A stretch of 63,505 bases of DNA from a virus (taxonomy: Duplodnaviria > Caudoviricetes): positions 1 to 63,505 of IMG/VR virus record IMGVR_UViG_3300036791_000918. One strand, given 5' to 3'. Position numbers and translations under genes: made by a program. Shown here piece after piece: positions 46,703 through 57,080 of this stretch (positions within the stretch are counted from its first letter, which is position 1; each line of letters begins with the position of its first letter). The notes beneath the pieces were generated by a model. The model was not told the DNA's origin. It made no database searches and was given only the letters and a program-made list of their open reading frames with translations.

Positions 46703-48229
46703 ATGAGTTATTTGCAGACTCCAGAGCTTCCCGAGTTTGGCAAGGCGGTCATCTCATTCTGGTTCAAGGTATCGCAGGATGTGTTGGATGCTGCCCAAGC
46801 GGAATCGGATCAGGACCTAGGAGACGCGGACCCGCCGCCACTTTGGGGGCTGGTGCCACTTCTTGTTTTTGGAAAGGAGGGGACGGGTAACAGCAAGGTC
46901 GAATCAAATAATTCATCTACACCGCACACGGAAGTTCATAGTTTGCATTCGTGCGCTACGGTCAACGTTGTTTATGACAACATTTTTCCTGCGCCCGCTT
47001 GCGCAACTTGGGAGGGTGAATGCAATGATAGTTCGTACGAAACCACCTGGAGCGAATTCACGGTTAGTTATTCAGCTACACCCGGTAAACCCACAGACCC
47101 TTCGTACGTTGCAATAGATGGAGGCGGGCGTCTACGAATTAATTTCGAATCTACCAAGATGGCCGCAGTCTCTGGATTCTGTGGTATAACATCGGGTTCG
47201 GGTGATCATGTCACAGGTGGGCATAGTGATTTGTGTTGCCACTACCCAGCCGCGGATGGATGCGGAGGTGGCAGCTATTGCGGTCCCCCCGGGTTCTACG
47301 GCAATATTTGGGGCGTACTGATCTGGGTTTTTGGGCTGATAGCGGTACGTTTGCTTACAGCAGTTGCTGACGTTTGCGAACTAAGTGGCGGCGGTGGCAA
47401 CGAATTTGTTAAAGGGACGTCTAACTACGGACCTATTCCTGTCGACTTTGGCACAGGCGCACTTAACGTCAGTCTGCCCAAGGAGCAGGGAGATAACCCT
47501 TTAGCTGGCGATGCGTGGCATCACGTCTTGATTTCTGTCGACATGAGCGGGGGGGCTGCAGCGTCTGGTGATGGCGGCATCACCGCATCGTGCACCATGT
47601 ATGTCGCCATAGACGATAAGGACTACAAGACAGGCAGCTACCCTCTTGAAGGTACCAACAAGGTCGTCCCGGGAGGTTGCGCAGCAGTCACTGGTATGCC
47701 TGGAGGAGAGAACTGTGGGCCGGGGAGCTACTCGCTTCCAAGCATGTCCGTGCCGTCTGCCCCGGTAGGCATCCCTGGTGTAGCAAAATACGTCGACAGG
47801 ATTAAGAAAGTCCAGATGGCCGAGTTGCTGTTCTTCACGGATGAGACACTCGACACCAGCAAGGAAGAGAACCGCCGTCATTTCATCAGCGCGCCGGGCA
47901 AGGACGGCTACCAGCGTCCGACCAACTCGCCGCTGCTCTATGTGCCTATGCGTAAATTTGCCTTCGGCGATCCCGCAACCTGGGAACCCGGCGCCGACGA
48001 CCCTGCCTGGGCTCCCCCGCTGTTCGACCCCAGCGCCTGGCCCACCGGGATCAAAATCCTGGAGGGTACGGCAGACATCGACTTTACCAAATGCCAGTGG
48101 AACTGGCAGATGGGACGGAATTTGGGTACTCTCCATGGCAAGTGTACCAGGACCGGGAAAATCAAAGCGCTGATTCCTCCGCAGGATGAGCAACCTAAGG
48201 TACAAGCCGGAGGCGGAACAGGAGCCTAG
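46703..48229 (+). CDS. LamG/ConA-like protein with a Cys-rich insertion
   Basis: ISFWFKV ... WHHVLISVD ... QMAELLFF motifs. Confidence 0.6.
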   Translation: MSYLQTPELPEFGKAVISFWFKVSQDVLDAAQAESDQDLGDADPPPLWGLVPLLVFGKEGTGNSKVESNNSSTPHTEVHSLHSCATVNVVYDNIFPAPACATWEGECNDSSYETTWSEFTVSYSATPGKPTDPSYVAIDGGGRLRINFESTKMAAVSGFCGITSGSGDHVTGGHSDLCCHYPAADGCGGGSYCGPPGFYGNIWGVLIWVFGLIAVRLLTAVADVCELSGGGGNEFVKGTSNYGPIPVDFGTGALNVSLPKEQGDNPLAGDAWHHVLISVDMSGGAAASGDGGITASCTMYVAIDDKDYKTGSYPLEGTNKVVPGGCAAVTGMPGGENCGPGSYSLPSMSVPSAPVGIPGVAKYVDRIKKVQMAELLFFTDETLDTSKEENRRHFISAPGKDGYQRPTNSPLLYVPMRKFAFGDPATWEPGADDPAWAPPLFDPSAWPTGIKILEGTADIDFTKCQWNWQMGRNLGTLHGKCTRTGKIKALIPPQDEQPKVQAGGGTGA

Positions 48230-48232
48230 ATC

Positions 48233-50437
48233 ATGCCGTACGTAGCACCGATCGTATGGGGTGACCCGTCGTTCATGTTCTCGACGTCTGCGCAGCTGGT
48301 GAGCCTTGCTGAAGCGTACATCCAGCAGCTTGAGGCGCAGGCCGGTCAGCTTGCCGCCCCCACGATCAATGTGAATTTCCCGACCGTCACCGCACCCCCG
48401 TTCCCCGGTAGCGCGGTTCCACCGCCCCTGCAGCAGGTGACCTGGACCGTCCCGAGCCAGCCGCCACCGTTCAACGGACAGGTGGATTTGTCCGGCATAA
48501 GCATCCCACAATTCATGGGTATCGCGCCGACGCTCAGCTTCGGCGCCGCTCCCACGCCGTTCGCGGGCACCGTGCCCGATGCGCCAGTCACCAACCTGGA
48601 CTTTACGTACCCAACCGTCGCGCTCACGCTGCCGACTCCGCCGGCATTGATGACGCTCGACACGGTGAACTTCCCGAATATCGTGATACCGCCTTTTACT
48701 GCGGACGTACCGAAGCTCACCGCCTTGCAACCGGGGCCGTTCAACTACACGGAGGGTGCGCTCTATACCTCGAAGCTCCTGACGGACTTGGAGGACGCGC
48801 TCGATCTAGCGGTCACCAACGGCGAGTACACGACCGTCAACAAGCAGGTCCAGCAGGCGCTGTGGGATGCCGGCCGCGAGCGCGAGTACCGGCAGCAGGC
48901 CGCGGCGCTGGCCGAGCTGAACCGCATGGAGATGTTAGGCTACGCTTTCCCGCCCGGCACATTCATCGACGCCAGACTCAAGATACAGACTGAAACAAAT
49001 TATACGATTGCTGGCTTGTCCCGCGATATCATGACCAAGCAGGCCGAGCTGCAGCTGGAGAATATTTCCAAGGCCAGGGAAGAAGCCGTCAAGCTTGAGT
49101 ACCGGCTGATCCAATACGCCAACGAGACCTCGCAGCGCGCGTTCGAGGCTGCCAAGTACGCGACCGAGGCCGGCATCGCGCTCTACAATGCCGCGGTGCA
49201 AGCGTACACCGCCTCGCTGGAGGGCTACAAAACTCAGGCGGTGGTCTACGACACCCAGATCAAGGGGATCATGGCGCAGGTCCAGGTGGTCCAGGCGCAG
49301 ATCGAGTACGAGAAAACCAAAGCCGACATCAACACCTCGCTGGTCAAGCAGTACGAGACCGAGGTCCAGGCCGCCGAGGCTGTCCTGCAAATCTACAAGA
49401 CTCAGGTCGAGATCATCCAGACCCAGGCCAACGTCGAGAAGATCAAGGTCGAGATTTATGGCGAAGAAATCAAAGCGTTCGTCGGTCGGATTAACGCTTA
49501 CACAGCTGAGGTTGAGGGATACAAGGCTAGCGTTGAAGCGCAAGCTACAATCGAGCAAGCGTACAAGACGGCAGTCGATGCGTACACCGCCGAGGTCAAC
49601 GCGGGCGTAGCACAAATCAACGCACGGGTCGCCATCTTCCATGGCCAGGTGGAAGCTTTCCAGGCGCAGCTTTCCGGCTACGACTCTGCCATCAAGGGGA
49701 TGGTTGGTCAGGCTCAGGCGGCGTCGATGTTCAACACTGCCGAAGCGGAGGTGTTCAAGGCTCAGATCGCCGCGATGACGAGCTACAATGAGGTGCTGAC
49801 CAAGCAATGGGAAGCGATCATAAATGAGCAGGTGCAGATCACCCAACTCGGCGTGTCGGCTGCCAAGGCTAATGGTGATCTCTATATCGCAGCGCGTGGT
49901 CTATCGCTTGATGCTTCCAAGGTAGGGGCCCAAGTCTGCGCTCAATTAGGTGCGGCGGCGCTAGGTGCAATAAGCTGGCACAACTCTTCGCAGTGGTCGT
50001 CGAACATGCAGTCGAGCGACGGCAACAACATCAACACCAGCACCGGCTACAATACCAATTTCAACAACAACACTGGCACGAGCTTCGTCACCAGCGATAA
50101 TATGAATACCAATATGAGCACCAGCACCAGTTCTAGCTCGGTTGAGAGTAACTCAAACTCCAACTCCAACAGCAACGTCAACTCGAACACGAACTCGAAT
50201 AGCAACGTCAATTCGAATAGCAACACAAACTCCAACTCGAATATTAATTCGAACACAAACTCCAATTCAAATATCAACAGCAATTCGAATACGAACTCGA
50301 ACAGCAACGTTAACTCGAACACAAACTCAAACAGCAATGTAAACAGCAACTCGAATACGAATTCGAACAGCAACGTGAACTCGAATATCAACTCGAATTC
50401 GAGTAACGAAAATCACAACTACAATGAAAGTGTGTAG
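48233..50437 (+). CDS. coiled-coil virion protein with an Asn/Ser-repeat tail
   Basis: Pro-rich N-terminus, long Y..AVQAY helical repeats, (NSNxN) tail. Confidence 0.75.
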   Translation: MPYVAPIVWGDPSFMFSTSAQLVSLAEAYIQQLEAQAGQLAAPTINVNFPTVTAPPFPGSAVPPPLQQVTWTVPSQPPPFNGQVDLSGISIPQFMGIAPTLSFGAAPTPFAGTVPDAPVTNLDFTYPTVALTLPTPPALMTLDTVNFPNIVIPPFTADVPKLTALQPGPFNYTEGALYTSKLLTDLEDALDLAVTNGEYTTVNKQVQQALWDAGREREYRQQAAALAELNRMEMLGYAFPPGTFIDARLKIQTETNYTIAGLSRDIMTKQAELQLENISKAREEAVKLEYRLIQYANETSQRAFEAAKYATEAGIALYNAAVQAYTASLEGYKTQAVVYDTQIKGIMAQVQVVQAQIEYEKTKADINTSLVKQYETEVQAAEAVLQIYKTQVEIIQTQANVEKIKVEIYGEEIKAFVGRINAYTAEVEGYKASVEAQATIEQAYKTAVDAYTAEVNAGVAQINARVAIFHGQVEAFQAQLSGYDSAIKGMVGQAQAASMFNTAEAEVFKAQIAAMTSYNEVLTKQWEAIINEQVQITQLGVSAAKANGDLYIAARGLSLDASKVGAQVCAQLGAAALGAISWHNSSQWSSNMQSSDGNNINTSTGYNTNFNNNTGTSFVTSDNMNTNMSTSTSSSSVESNSNSNSNSNVNSNTNSNSNVNSNSNTNSNSNINSNTNSNSNINSNSNTNSNSNVNSNTNSNSNVNSNSNTNSNSNVNSNINSNSSNENHNYNESV

Positions 50438-50448
50438 GAGCGCACGTC

Positions 50449-52776
50449 ATGCCCGCACCTCCTAGCTTTAATCCCGGCTTCTATTCTGATTTCGCTTCGA
50501 AATTGAATCGCAAGTACGACATCCTTGCTGAGGAAGCTGCGGCCAAGACTCTGACATCCAAGGGTGAGTACGCGCGAAACATAGCTGATGCCCAGTCGCT
50601 ACCAGGGTATCGGGAAGCCCTAGGTTTCCATGCTCGCTCGGCGGGCCAGCTGTCGCTTGAACAGGCGGCGACCGCAGCGGCAACTCGATACATGGACCCT
50701 GACTGGCTGCGCGGCGCATTCCGCTCGATGTATGAGACCGGTCAGCTGCCGGGCTACACCCGCAGTCCCGGTGTGGGAGCGCCCGGTGCGGGAGCGCCTG
50801 GTGCTGTAGCGCCCGGTGCAGGAGTGGGTGGTGCAGGAGCGTCCGCGACACCTCCGCCGATTCAATTTCAAACACTGCCGGATCAGCCAGGTGCTCCAGC
50901 AGCACGACCGGCAGCATCTCGAACAGCTGCAGATGCAGCTGAGACTCCGGGCATTATGACATCGCCGGAGTCAGTAGCGGATATGACGCCGGAGCAGTTG
51001 TCGTCTTGGACGCAAAGCCAAGCGACGCGGGGAACACAAGGTGCAACAGCAGGCGCCGGTGCAGCGCCAACAGGACGAGCAGCGCAGCAAAGACTTGCTG
51101 AGGCACAAGCTCGAATGCCGTCATTGCAGAGACCTACTTCTGTTACTACAACCAGCGTGCCAGCAAGCAGCGTACCGGGGAGGAAGCCGCTTTATGACAG
51201 TACGAGCTTCGGCTTCCGAAGAGGTATCGCCAACGTCCCTGGTTACGCAGAGGGAGATGAGGATGTTCTCTTGCGCCGCCCGCTTCTTTATGGGCCTCCT
51301 CCGGGAGCGGGACGCGGTGCCGTAGGCGCGGCGCCAGGCGCACCCGGCGGCGCGCCTGAGAACTTGCCACCGGGCGGACCTGCACCTACGCAGCCCGGCC
51401 CCTTCCCCGCACCGGACCCCTCCTTGCCTGCGCCCCCGCAGATCGAGAACACGGGTACCTGGCCAAGTGGCGCGCCCAGGGGCTTCAACTACGATCCAAA
51501 TGCGGGGACTGGCTTAGCAAATCTTGGGGGAATCATGGATGCAACTACCAGGATGGTTAATCCGGATGCGTTCAACGCAGCTGTTCAGACTTGGCGCCCC
51601 TCGGAAAACATCGAGGATCGCCGCAATGCAGGGCCCCCAACAGCCCTAGGCACCGCAGTCGATGCTGCTAGCAATATTGGCGGTCAAATTGCTAGTGGCG
51701 GTCGAGCACTCGCTTCCGACATCTGGAAGATGGCAACCGGCGATGTTGCTCCTCAAGGCAGTCTGGCGCAGCAGGCCGGCTACAATGACATTCCAGGTGG
51801 CAGCCCTTCCATAGGCGGCATTGTAAACCAGATCATGGGCGGTCTGAGCAACATGTTCGGCGGCGGCGCTTCGACAGCCGCACCCATTACGGAGGGAGCG
51901 CCGAGTGGTGATGGTGGAGCATCAGCACCGACAGGCGGCGGTGGAGAGTCGACATCGGAGGAGGGCTATCGGAAAGGCACCGCGAACGTGAGGGGCAAAG
52001 TTAGTGGCTCGCCCAAGGGGCTTGAGGCGCTGTTGCCGATCTTGGCCGCGATGCATGGAGCTGGTGGGGGCGCCGGTGGTCCACCAGCAGGCCCGTCTCC
52101 TAGCGCAGGTTCGCCTCCTGGCGCAGGTCCGGGTCTCAAGAAGGGCTCTGCCAACGTCAAGGGCAAGGGCAAGGGAGGCAAACCGAGCAAGTCCAGTGGC
52201 CAGCCGCCCAAAGGGCTAGAAGCGATCCTGCCAGCGCTCATGGCCGCGATGCAGGGAGGCGGCGCCGGGGGACCAGCAGCAGGTCCACCAGCAGGGCTGC
52301 CGCCAGGGGGGACCCCTCCTGGCGCAGGTCCGGGTCTCAAGAAGGGCTCTGCCAACGTCAAGAGTAAGGGAAGCAAGGGTGGCAGCAAGCCTCCTACAAT
52401 CGACCAACCGCCGACTGGGATCGAGGCAATGTTGCCGGCGCTCATGACCGCAGCGAAGGGCGGTGGCGCTGTCGGTCCGCAGGCAGGTCCTGGACTCCCC
52501 CCGGCTATGGGACCGGGCGCTGCGGCGCCGCCTGGCTTCGCTGGGGGTACGCCCGAAGTGCAGTCGAACCCGAACTATCCGTTCGGCGCCGGCTACCTGT
52601 TCGGTGCCAACGAGGTACCGGGGCAGGGCTCAGGAACAGTGGACAAGGTGCCTGCCGTGCTGGCACCACACGAGGCGGTGCTCAACAAAGCAGCTGCCGA
52701 CATCCTGGGACGAGGTCTTATCGCGGCGCTGAATTCCCAGGGAGTGAAGCAGATGGGCATGGGTCGCGGTCGCTAA
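50449..52776 (+). CDS. low-complexity internal virion/ejection protein (putative)
   Basis: C-terminal VPGQGSGTVDKVPAVLAPHEAVLNKAA motif; internal repeats. Confidence 0.65.
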   Translation: MPAPPSFNPGFYSDFASKLNRKYDILAEEAAAKTLTSKGEYARNIADAQSLPGYREALGFHARSAGQLSLEQAATAAATRYMDPDWLRGAFRSMYETGQLPGYTRSPGVGAPGAGAPGAVAPGAGVGGAGASATPPPIQFQTLPDQPGAPAARPAASRTAADAAETPGIMTSPESVADMTPEQLSSWTQSQATRGTQGATAGAGAAPTGRAAQQRLAEAQARMPSLQRPTSVTTTSVPASSVPGRKPLYDSTSFGFRRGIANVPGYAEGDEDVLLRRPLLYGPPPGAGRGAVGAAPGAPGGAPENLPPGGPAPTQPGPFPAPDPSLPAPPQIENTGTWPSGAPRGFNYDPNAGTGLANLGGIMDATTRMVNPDAFNAAVQTWRPSENIEDRRNAGPPTALGTAVDAASNIGGQIASGGRALASDIWKMATGDVAPQGSLAQQAGYNDIPGGSPSIGGIVNQIMGGLSNMFGGGASTAAPITEGAPSGDGGASAPTGGGGESTSEEGYRKGTANVRGKVSGSPKGLEALLPILAAMHGAGGGAGGPPAGPSPSAGSPPGAGPGLKKGSANVKGKGKGGKPSKSSGQPPKGLEAILPALMAAMQGGGAGGPAAGPPAGLPPGGTPPGAGPGLKKGSANVKSKGSKGGSKPPTIDQPPTGIEAMLPALMTAAKGGGAVGPQAGPGLPPAMGPGAAAPPGFAGGTPEVQSNPNYPFGAGYLFGANEVPGQGSGTVDKVPAVLAPHEAVLNKAAADILGRGLIAALNSQGVKQMGMGRGR

Positions 52777-55694
52777 GGCTTAGGTTTGAAGTCGACGATC
52801 TTTCTTGACTCGTCGTCTGGTGCATTCGGGACGGCGATCGGTGACGTCGTCTTCACAGGAATTACAAAACAAGCTAGCAGGCTGCTGTAATTCCCCGACT
52901 CCGATCGCATCCTCTTTTTGATGGACCTGTTTGATATGGACCCGATCGCCGTGAGTTGGTTGAGTATATTACTATAGTCGTGATTGTGTTCGTTGCAGTA
53001 ATCCCTGAATGGCCCAATGCGTACGTATACCTCTGCTTTGTGTACTTCGTATCGCGCTTTGAATTCAACCATGGGCGGCGCGTGCAGTATCTCAATTTCG
53101 CCTCTGGTGTTTCTGTTGACGCGGCACATGTTCGGATTGGTCTTTTCCAGATAGTCGTTGAGGATAGTTTCTGGTGACATGTGCTCACGTTCGTCCTTGG
53201 CTACGGCGCGCATAGCCGGTATCTGCACATTGACCAGCCAATCCCACATGGCCTTGTAGCTAAACTGCCAGTACCCCAGCATGTTGCCTAATTTGATACC
53301 CAATAAAGCGGTAGCAGCGGCAGCAGTCATGTAACGTTCTTCCTGTTTGGCGTTTATCGCCGCTTCGAATCGCTGCAGGATTTCCAGTAATTTTTTGCCG
53401 ATTGCTTCGGTGTGCGGCAAACACCGACGCAGGAAGTCTTCGCCGATCCAGCCATAATTTGTAACAAGAAGTCTCTTGAATGTGTCGGCTTCGGTTTTTG
53501 TGTGGACGGTATTTGGGGCCACTGTGATCTCGAAGACACGCATGATGCCAGCCTGACCACCAGAGCTATCGCTGTTAACCATCTGGATCAGCGACTTGTT
53601 GCTGGTGAAGATGAACAGGTTCGACTTACGTCCGCCGCGGGGATTACGAAAGCTGCGGTCGGACCTCAAGCCCTTCCATGTTCCGGGCTGCGTGGCTGCG
53701 AGTGCGATCTCGTGTGCTGTCTCTTTGTCAAACCTTGTAACTTCATCGCACATGAATGGCAGGTTGCGATGGAGCATGCTGTATTCGAATCGTCCCTTGT
53801 CAGTGCCGGTCGAGCGCAAGCCACTGATAGGATAAAGCTCTGGGTGTCCCCATATACTAGCGGCAGTATAAAGCCCTGTGCTCTTTGACGCGCCGGTTTC
53901 CCCGAACAAGCAAATCAACATGCCGTGCAGGCCGGAGAACCTGAAGAACGGAGTCGCCAAGGATGCGCCGATAGCAAACTGCTGGGCCATGTATGCTGGG
54001 TCGTTGTAGAAACTCATGAGCGCGGTTTGCTGTTTCAGAGTACCCATGCGACCCATGCAGTCGAGCTGTGTATTTTGTGTCATTACACAGGGGACCATCA
54101 TGCCGTCTGCAACCCGGATTTTCCGACCGTACAGGATGAACCATTCCGGAGTTCCAAACTCCACTGGCGTTTCGATCTCGATTGTTTTTTCCTGCTTAGG
54201 CACCTTCCATCCGAGATGATCGAACTGCTCAAGATCATCCACGTGGTTTCGTAACTCTCTGAGATACCCCGGCAGGAACGCATGCATCGCCTTGAAGTGT
54301 TTCGGCTGGATGATGATGCCTTTGTTGCGAAGCGCCGCTCCAAGGCCCTGCAGATTCAGATCGTCGTTCATGAGTTCAACTACCCTCCAGCCATTGCGTG
54401 GAGACTTGACGTACCAGCGCGAGAGGCAGCTCTCGTTGGAGGTTGCTTCGACCCACTGTATGGGGAACATCGGGCAGTCACAAATCACGCCCTTCTTTTT
54501 CTCCGTGACCCCGTAGGTCATATCCAGTTTGTAGGGTGACGGCGGTAGGCACAGCGGCGTGGGGTCTGTGGTTGTGGGCCCAGGCTGGGGCTGGTGGGTC
54601 TGCTGGTAAACCAGGTTGGCGATCAGGAGCGGGTTCTTGGCGAGGTCCCTATGTGGGCACCGCGCGCACACCACGGCGTCGCCGCTGTTGCGGTCGATCT
54701 TCTCACACCCTGGTGGCGGCGTGGTCCAGTTGTCGAGCTTGGCCTGAGTCTCAGCCTCAGTGTACTTGGGGTAGCCACTCGACCACTCGTGGGCTTTCTC
54801 CTCGCCGTCGTCACAGTGCTTGATCGTGCCGATGCCGACGTGCCAGAGCGGTTCGGACACATTCCCTTGGGTGTCCCGGAACGTACGCATGTGCTCGCAC
54901 ACATCAGCAACCTCGTCGGCCGGCGGGCGGCGCCCGTCCCAGGCGACGTTGAGCCCGGGCTCGGACCCGGACCCGTTTGTGTGCGTAGCCTTACCATTGG
55001 TGTCGGGGGTGTAGTTCTCAGTCAGAGCTTCGAGCTGACTCACAAACTCCGCAGTGGGTGTCACTGCACCGTCGGCGAGGACGGCTACCGGGCGTGGGTT
55101 CGCCCGATCCTTGTAATTAAACGTGCCGACGACGCGCAGCACGGTAGTCTGGTCCGTGGTTTTGGAGCGATCGACGCGGAGCTTGTGTTGCTGGGACAGC
55201 CAGAACAGGCGCGCCGCCGGCTCGTACCACGTCTCGGATTCGATCGGCGTTTCGATCATCCAATAGACATGGATACCGTATCCTGAACTGACGACAAACG
55301 GAGACGGCAAGCAGGTCTCAAACAAAAATTGTTCTAGTGCACCCAATGCTTCATCTCGTGTCGGATATGGTTTTGGCTTCTTGGGATCGGTGTGCGGTCC
55401 GACGTCGATGTCAAAGAAGAAGATGCGGGCTTCCCGCATATTCGGCTTCTTCCGAGATGTCTGGTATTTCCCGGTCTTCGGATTTAGCTCGCCGCGTACG
55501 ACCTTGATTGCATGCGTCGCAAAATATAAATCCTTCGATTGCTTCTTCGACAGGACGTAGGCGATCGCCTCGTCGAGCGTGTCACACCCATGGTGGGCGT
55601 AGGTCTTCTCACCATCGGGTTTGATCCAGGGGGTAGCGATGCAGTACGGGCCGCTCGGTGGCCATACCATGCTCAGGAATTCGCGCGTGTTCAT
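52773..55694 (-). CDS. RepB-like AEP primase fused to a DUF927-like region and helicase
   Basis: FFDID, SSGYGIHVYW, LRVVGT.NYK; Cys cluster; Walker A GETGASKST; CDE. Confidence 0.88.
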   Translation of the reverse strand: MNTREFLSMVWPPSGPYCIATPWIKPDGEKTYAHHGCDTLDEAIAYVLSKKQSKDLYFATHAIKVVRGELNPKTGKYQTSRKKPNMREARIFFFDIDVGPHTDPKKPKPYPTRDEALGALEQFLFETCLPSPFVVSSGYGIHVYWMIETPIESETWYEPAARLFWLSQQHKLRVDRSKTTDQTTVLRVVGTFNYKDRANPRPVAVLADGAVTPTAEFVSQLEALTENYTPDTNGKATHTNGSGSEPGLNVAWDGRRPPADEVADVCEHMRTFRDTQGNVSEPLWHVGIGTIKHCDDGEEKAHEWSSGYPKYTEAETQAKLDNWTTPPPGCEKIDRNSGDAVVCARCPHRDLAKNPLLIANLVYQQTHQPQPGPTTTDPTPLCLPPSPYKLDMTYGVTEKKKGVICDCPMFPIQWVEATSNESCLSRWYVKSPRNGWRVVELMNDDLNLQGLGAALRNKGIIIQPKHFKAMHAFLPGYLRELRNHVDDLEQFDHLGWKVPKQEKTIEIETPVEFGTPEWFILYGRKIRVADGMMVPCVMTQNTQLDCMGRMGTLKQQTALMSFYNDPAYMAQQFAIGASLATPFFRFSGLHGMLICLFGETGASKSTGLYTAASIWGHPELYPISGLRSTGTDKGRFEYSMLHRNLPFMCDEVTRFDKETAHEIALAATQPGTWKGLRSDRSFRNPRGGRKSNLFIFTSNKSLIQMVNSDSSGGQAGIMRVFEITVAPNTVHTKTEADTFKRLLVTNYGWIGEDFLRRCLPHTEAIGKKLLEILQRFEAAINAKQEERYMTAAAATALLGIKLGNMLGYWQFSYKAMWDWLVNVQIPAMRAVAKDEREHMSPETILNDYLEKTNPNMCRVNRNTRGEIEILHAPPMVEFKARYEVHKAEVYVRIGPFRDYCNEHNHDYSNILNQLTAIGSISNRSIKKRMRSESGNYSSLLACFVIPVKTTSPIAVPNAPDDESRKIVDFKPKP

Positions 55695-55861
55695 GAGTCG
55701 CGCTCTTGCAACAGAGCGATGAGCTTGTCATAAATGATCTGGTCAGTCATGGTGTCATTACCCTTTGCTAGAGGGGACAACACCCTCCGCTCGTCACGAG
55801 AGCGGAGGGTGCTGAAGGCTAGTACGAAAAACGCCGATACTGAAGGCTAGTGCGTAGAGAC

Positions 55862-57010
55862 TTACTCGTCGTCCCAGTCCTTGAGTATGTTGTCGAGAGC
55901 AGGCGATGCAGTAGGAGCGGCGGGAGCAGGAGCCCGACTCGTCGCGACCGAGACAGCGGGCTCATCCCCCTCATCGTCATCTTCCAGGACAGCGTTCTTG
56001 CGTGCCGCAGCGGCAGCAGCCGCAGCCTCGGCTTTCTTCTGAGCCGCTGTCTTGACCTTTGCGGGCGCCGCTGGTGCGGCTTCCGCAGGAGCCGGTTCCG
56101 GTGCACGGGCTGGAGCTTTAGCCGATGCAGTGGGCTTAGACGCAACGGGCGGGGGTGTCGTAAGCACCACGTCCTCTTCGTCCTCGGTCTCGTCCTCCTC
56201 GGTGATGCCCGGCGGACGCTGCGTGCCGCCGAAACCGGTGAAGTCAGTCTTGAGCAGATCGTCGAGTGAAGGCGACTCGGCGATCTCCGCGCACTGTGCT
56301 GCCTCCTCTTCGCTCAGCCAACGGCCCGGCGAGAACCACAGCTTCGGGTAACTTTTAGTATTGTCGAACCTGATCTTGGTGGTCAGGCTGTAGGTGAACG
56401 GCACACCCTTCGACTTGAGGAAGTTCAGGTAGTTCGTAAACGCGAACATCCCCTTGGCCTGGGCCTCCTTGTTCAGACCGTCGAAGTCGGAGGTCTGCGG
56501 AATCTTCAACCGCAACACCGGCGCCGCGGTGAGGTCGCGGCTCTTCGGCACAATCGCCAGGTTGCGGTGCACGGCACATGCCGCAGCCGCCTTGCCCTGA
56601 TCGGTCTGCCGCGATCCCTTGATGGCTTGCGGGCAGACGTTGCACTTTTCCGACTGCCGGTTGGTCGAGTTCGGGCTCGACGTGACTCCGTCGTTGGACC
56701 AGCAGTCCGGCGCGCTCTCCTGGTTCGGATCATAGGGGCGCCCGCCGTAGTATGCGCGCCCACGGTTCTCGTTGTAGGCGATGATGACGGCGTCGAAGGT
56801 CTGGATTAGTTCCTCCTCGCCGTCTGCGTTGGTGCGCATCAACGGACGCTTGGAACCGTCGATGATGACGGTCCATACTTTGCCGGGGAAGGTCAGAGCG
56901 TTGACCTGACTCCGGGTTACGATGTTGCTAGTACCAGCAGCCTGCGCCGCTTTGACGTGCGCCGGTGTCTGGTTCGGATCGAAGATCGCTAGCGGATTGT
57001 TGTTAGCCAT
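55862..57010 (-). CDS. single-stranded DNA-binding/annealing protein (putative)
   Basis: CWSNDG, CNVCP; acidic tail DWDDE; replication-module context. Confidence 0.6.
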   Translation of the reverse strand: MANNNPLAIFDPNQTPAHVKAAQAAGTSNIVTRSQVNALTFPGKVWTVIIDGSKRPLMRTNADGEEELIQTFDAVIIAYNENRGRAYYGGRPYDPNQESAPDCWSNDGVTSSPNSTNRQSEKCNVCPQAIKGSRQTDQGKAAAACAVHRNLAIVPKSRDLTAAPVLRLKIPQTSDFDGLNKEAQAKGMFAFTNYLNFLKSKGVPFTYSLTTKIRFDNTKSYPKLWFSPGRWLSEEEAAQCAEIAESPSLDDLLKTDFTGFGGTQRPPGITEEDETEDEEDVVLTTPPPVASKPTASAKAPARAPEPAPAEAAPAAPAKVKTAAQKKAEAAAAAAAARKNAVLEDDDEGDEPAVSVATSRAPAPAAPTASPALDNILKDWDDE

Positions 57011-57080
57011 TTTGGGTATCCTATGGTTTGTGTTCCGCAGTGTAGATCAAGGTCCTGGGATGGAACATACCCAGGACCAG

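Noticed and set aside
42275-48229. Diversity-generating retroelement or invertase-based tail switching
   Set aside because: No reverse transcriptase, TR/VR pair or recombinase seen
55781-55811. Intrinsic terminator after the SSB-like gene
   Set aside because: Strong 12-bp stem but no T-tract on the coding strand; could be a stabilising or attenuating hairpin, so not called
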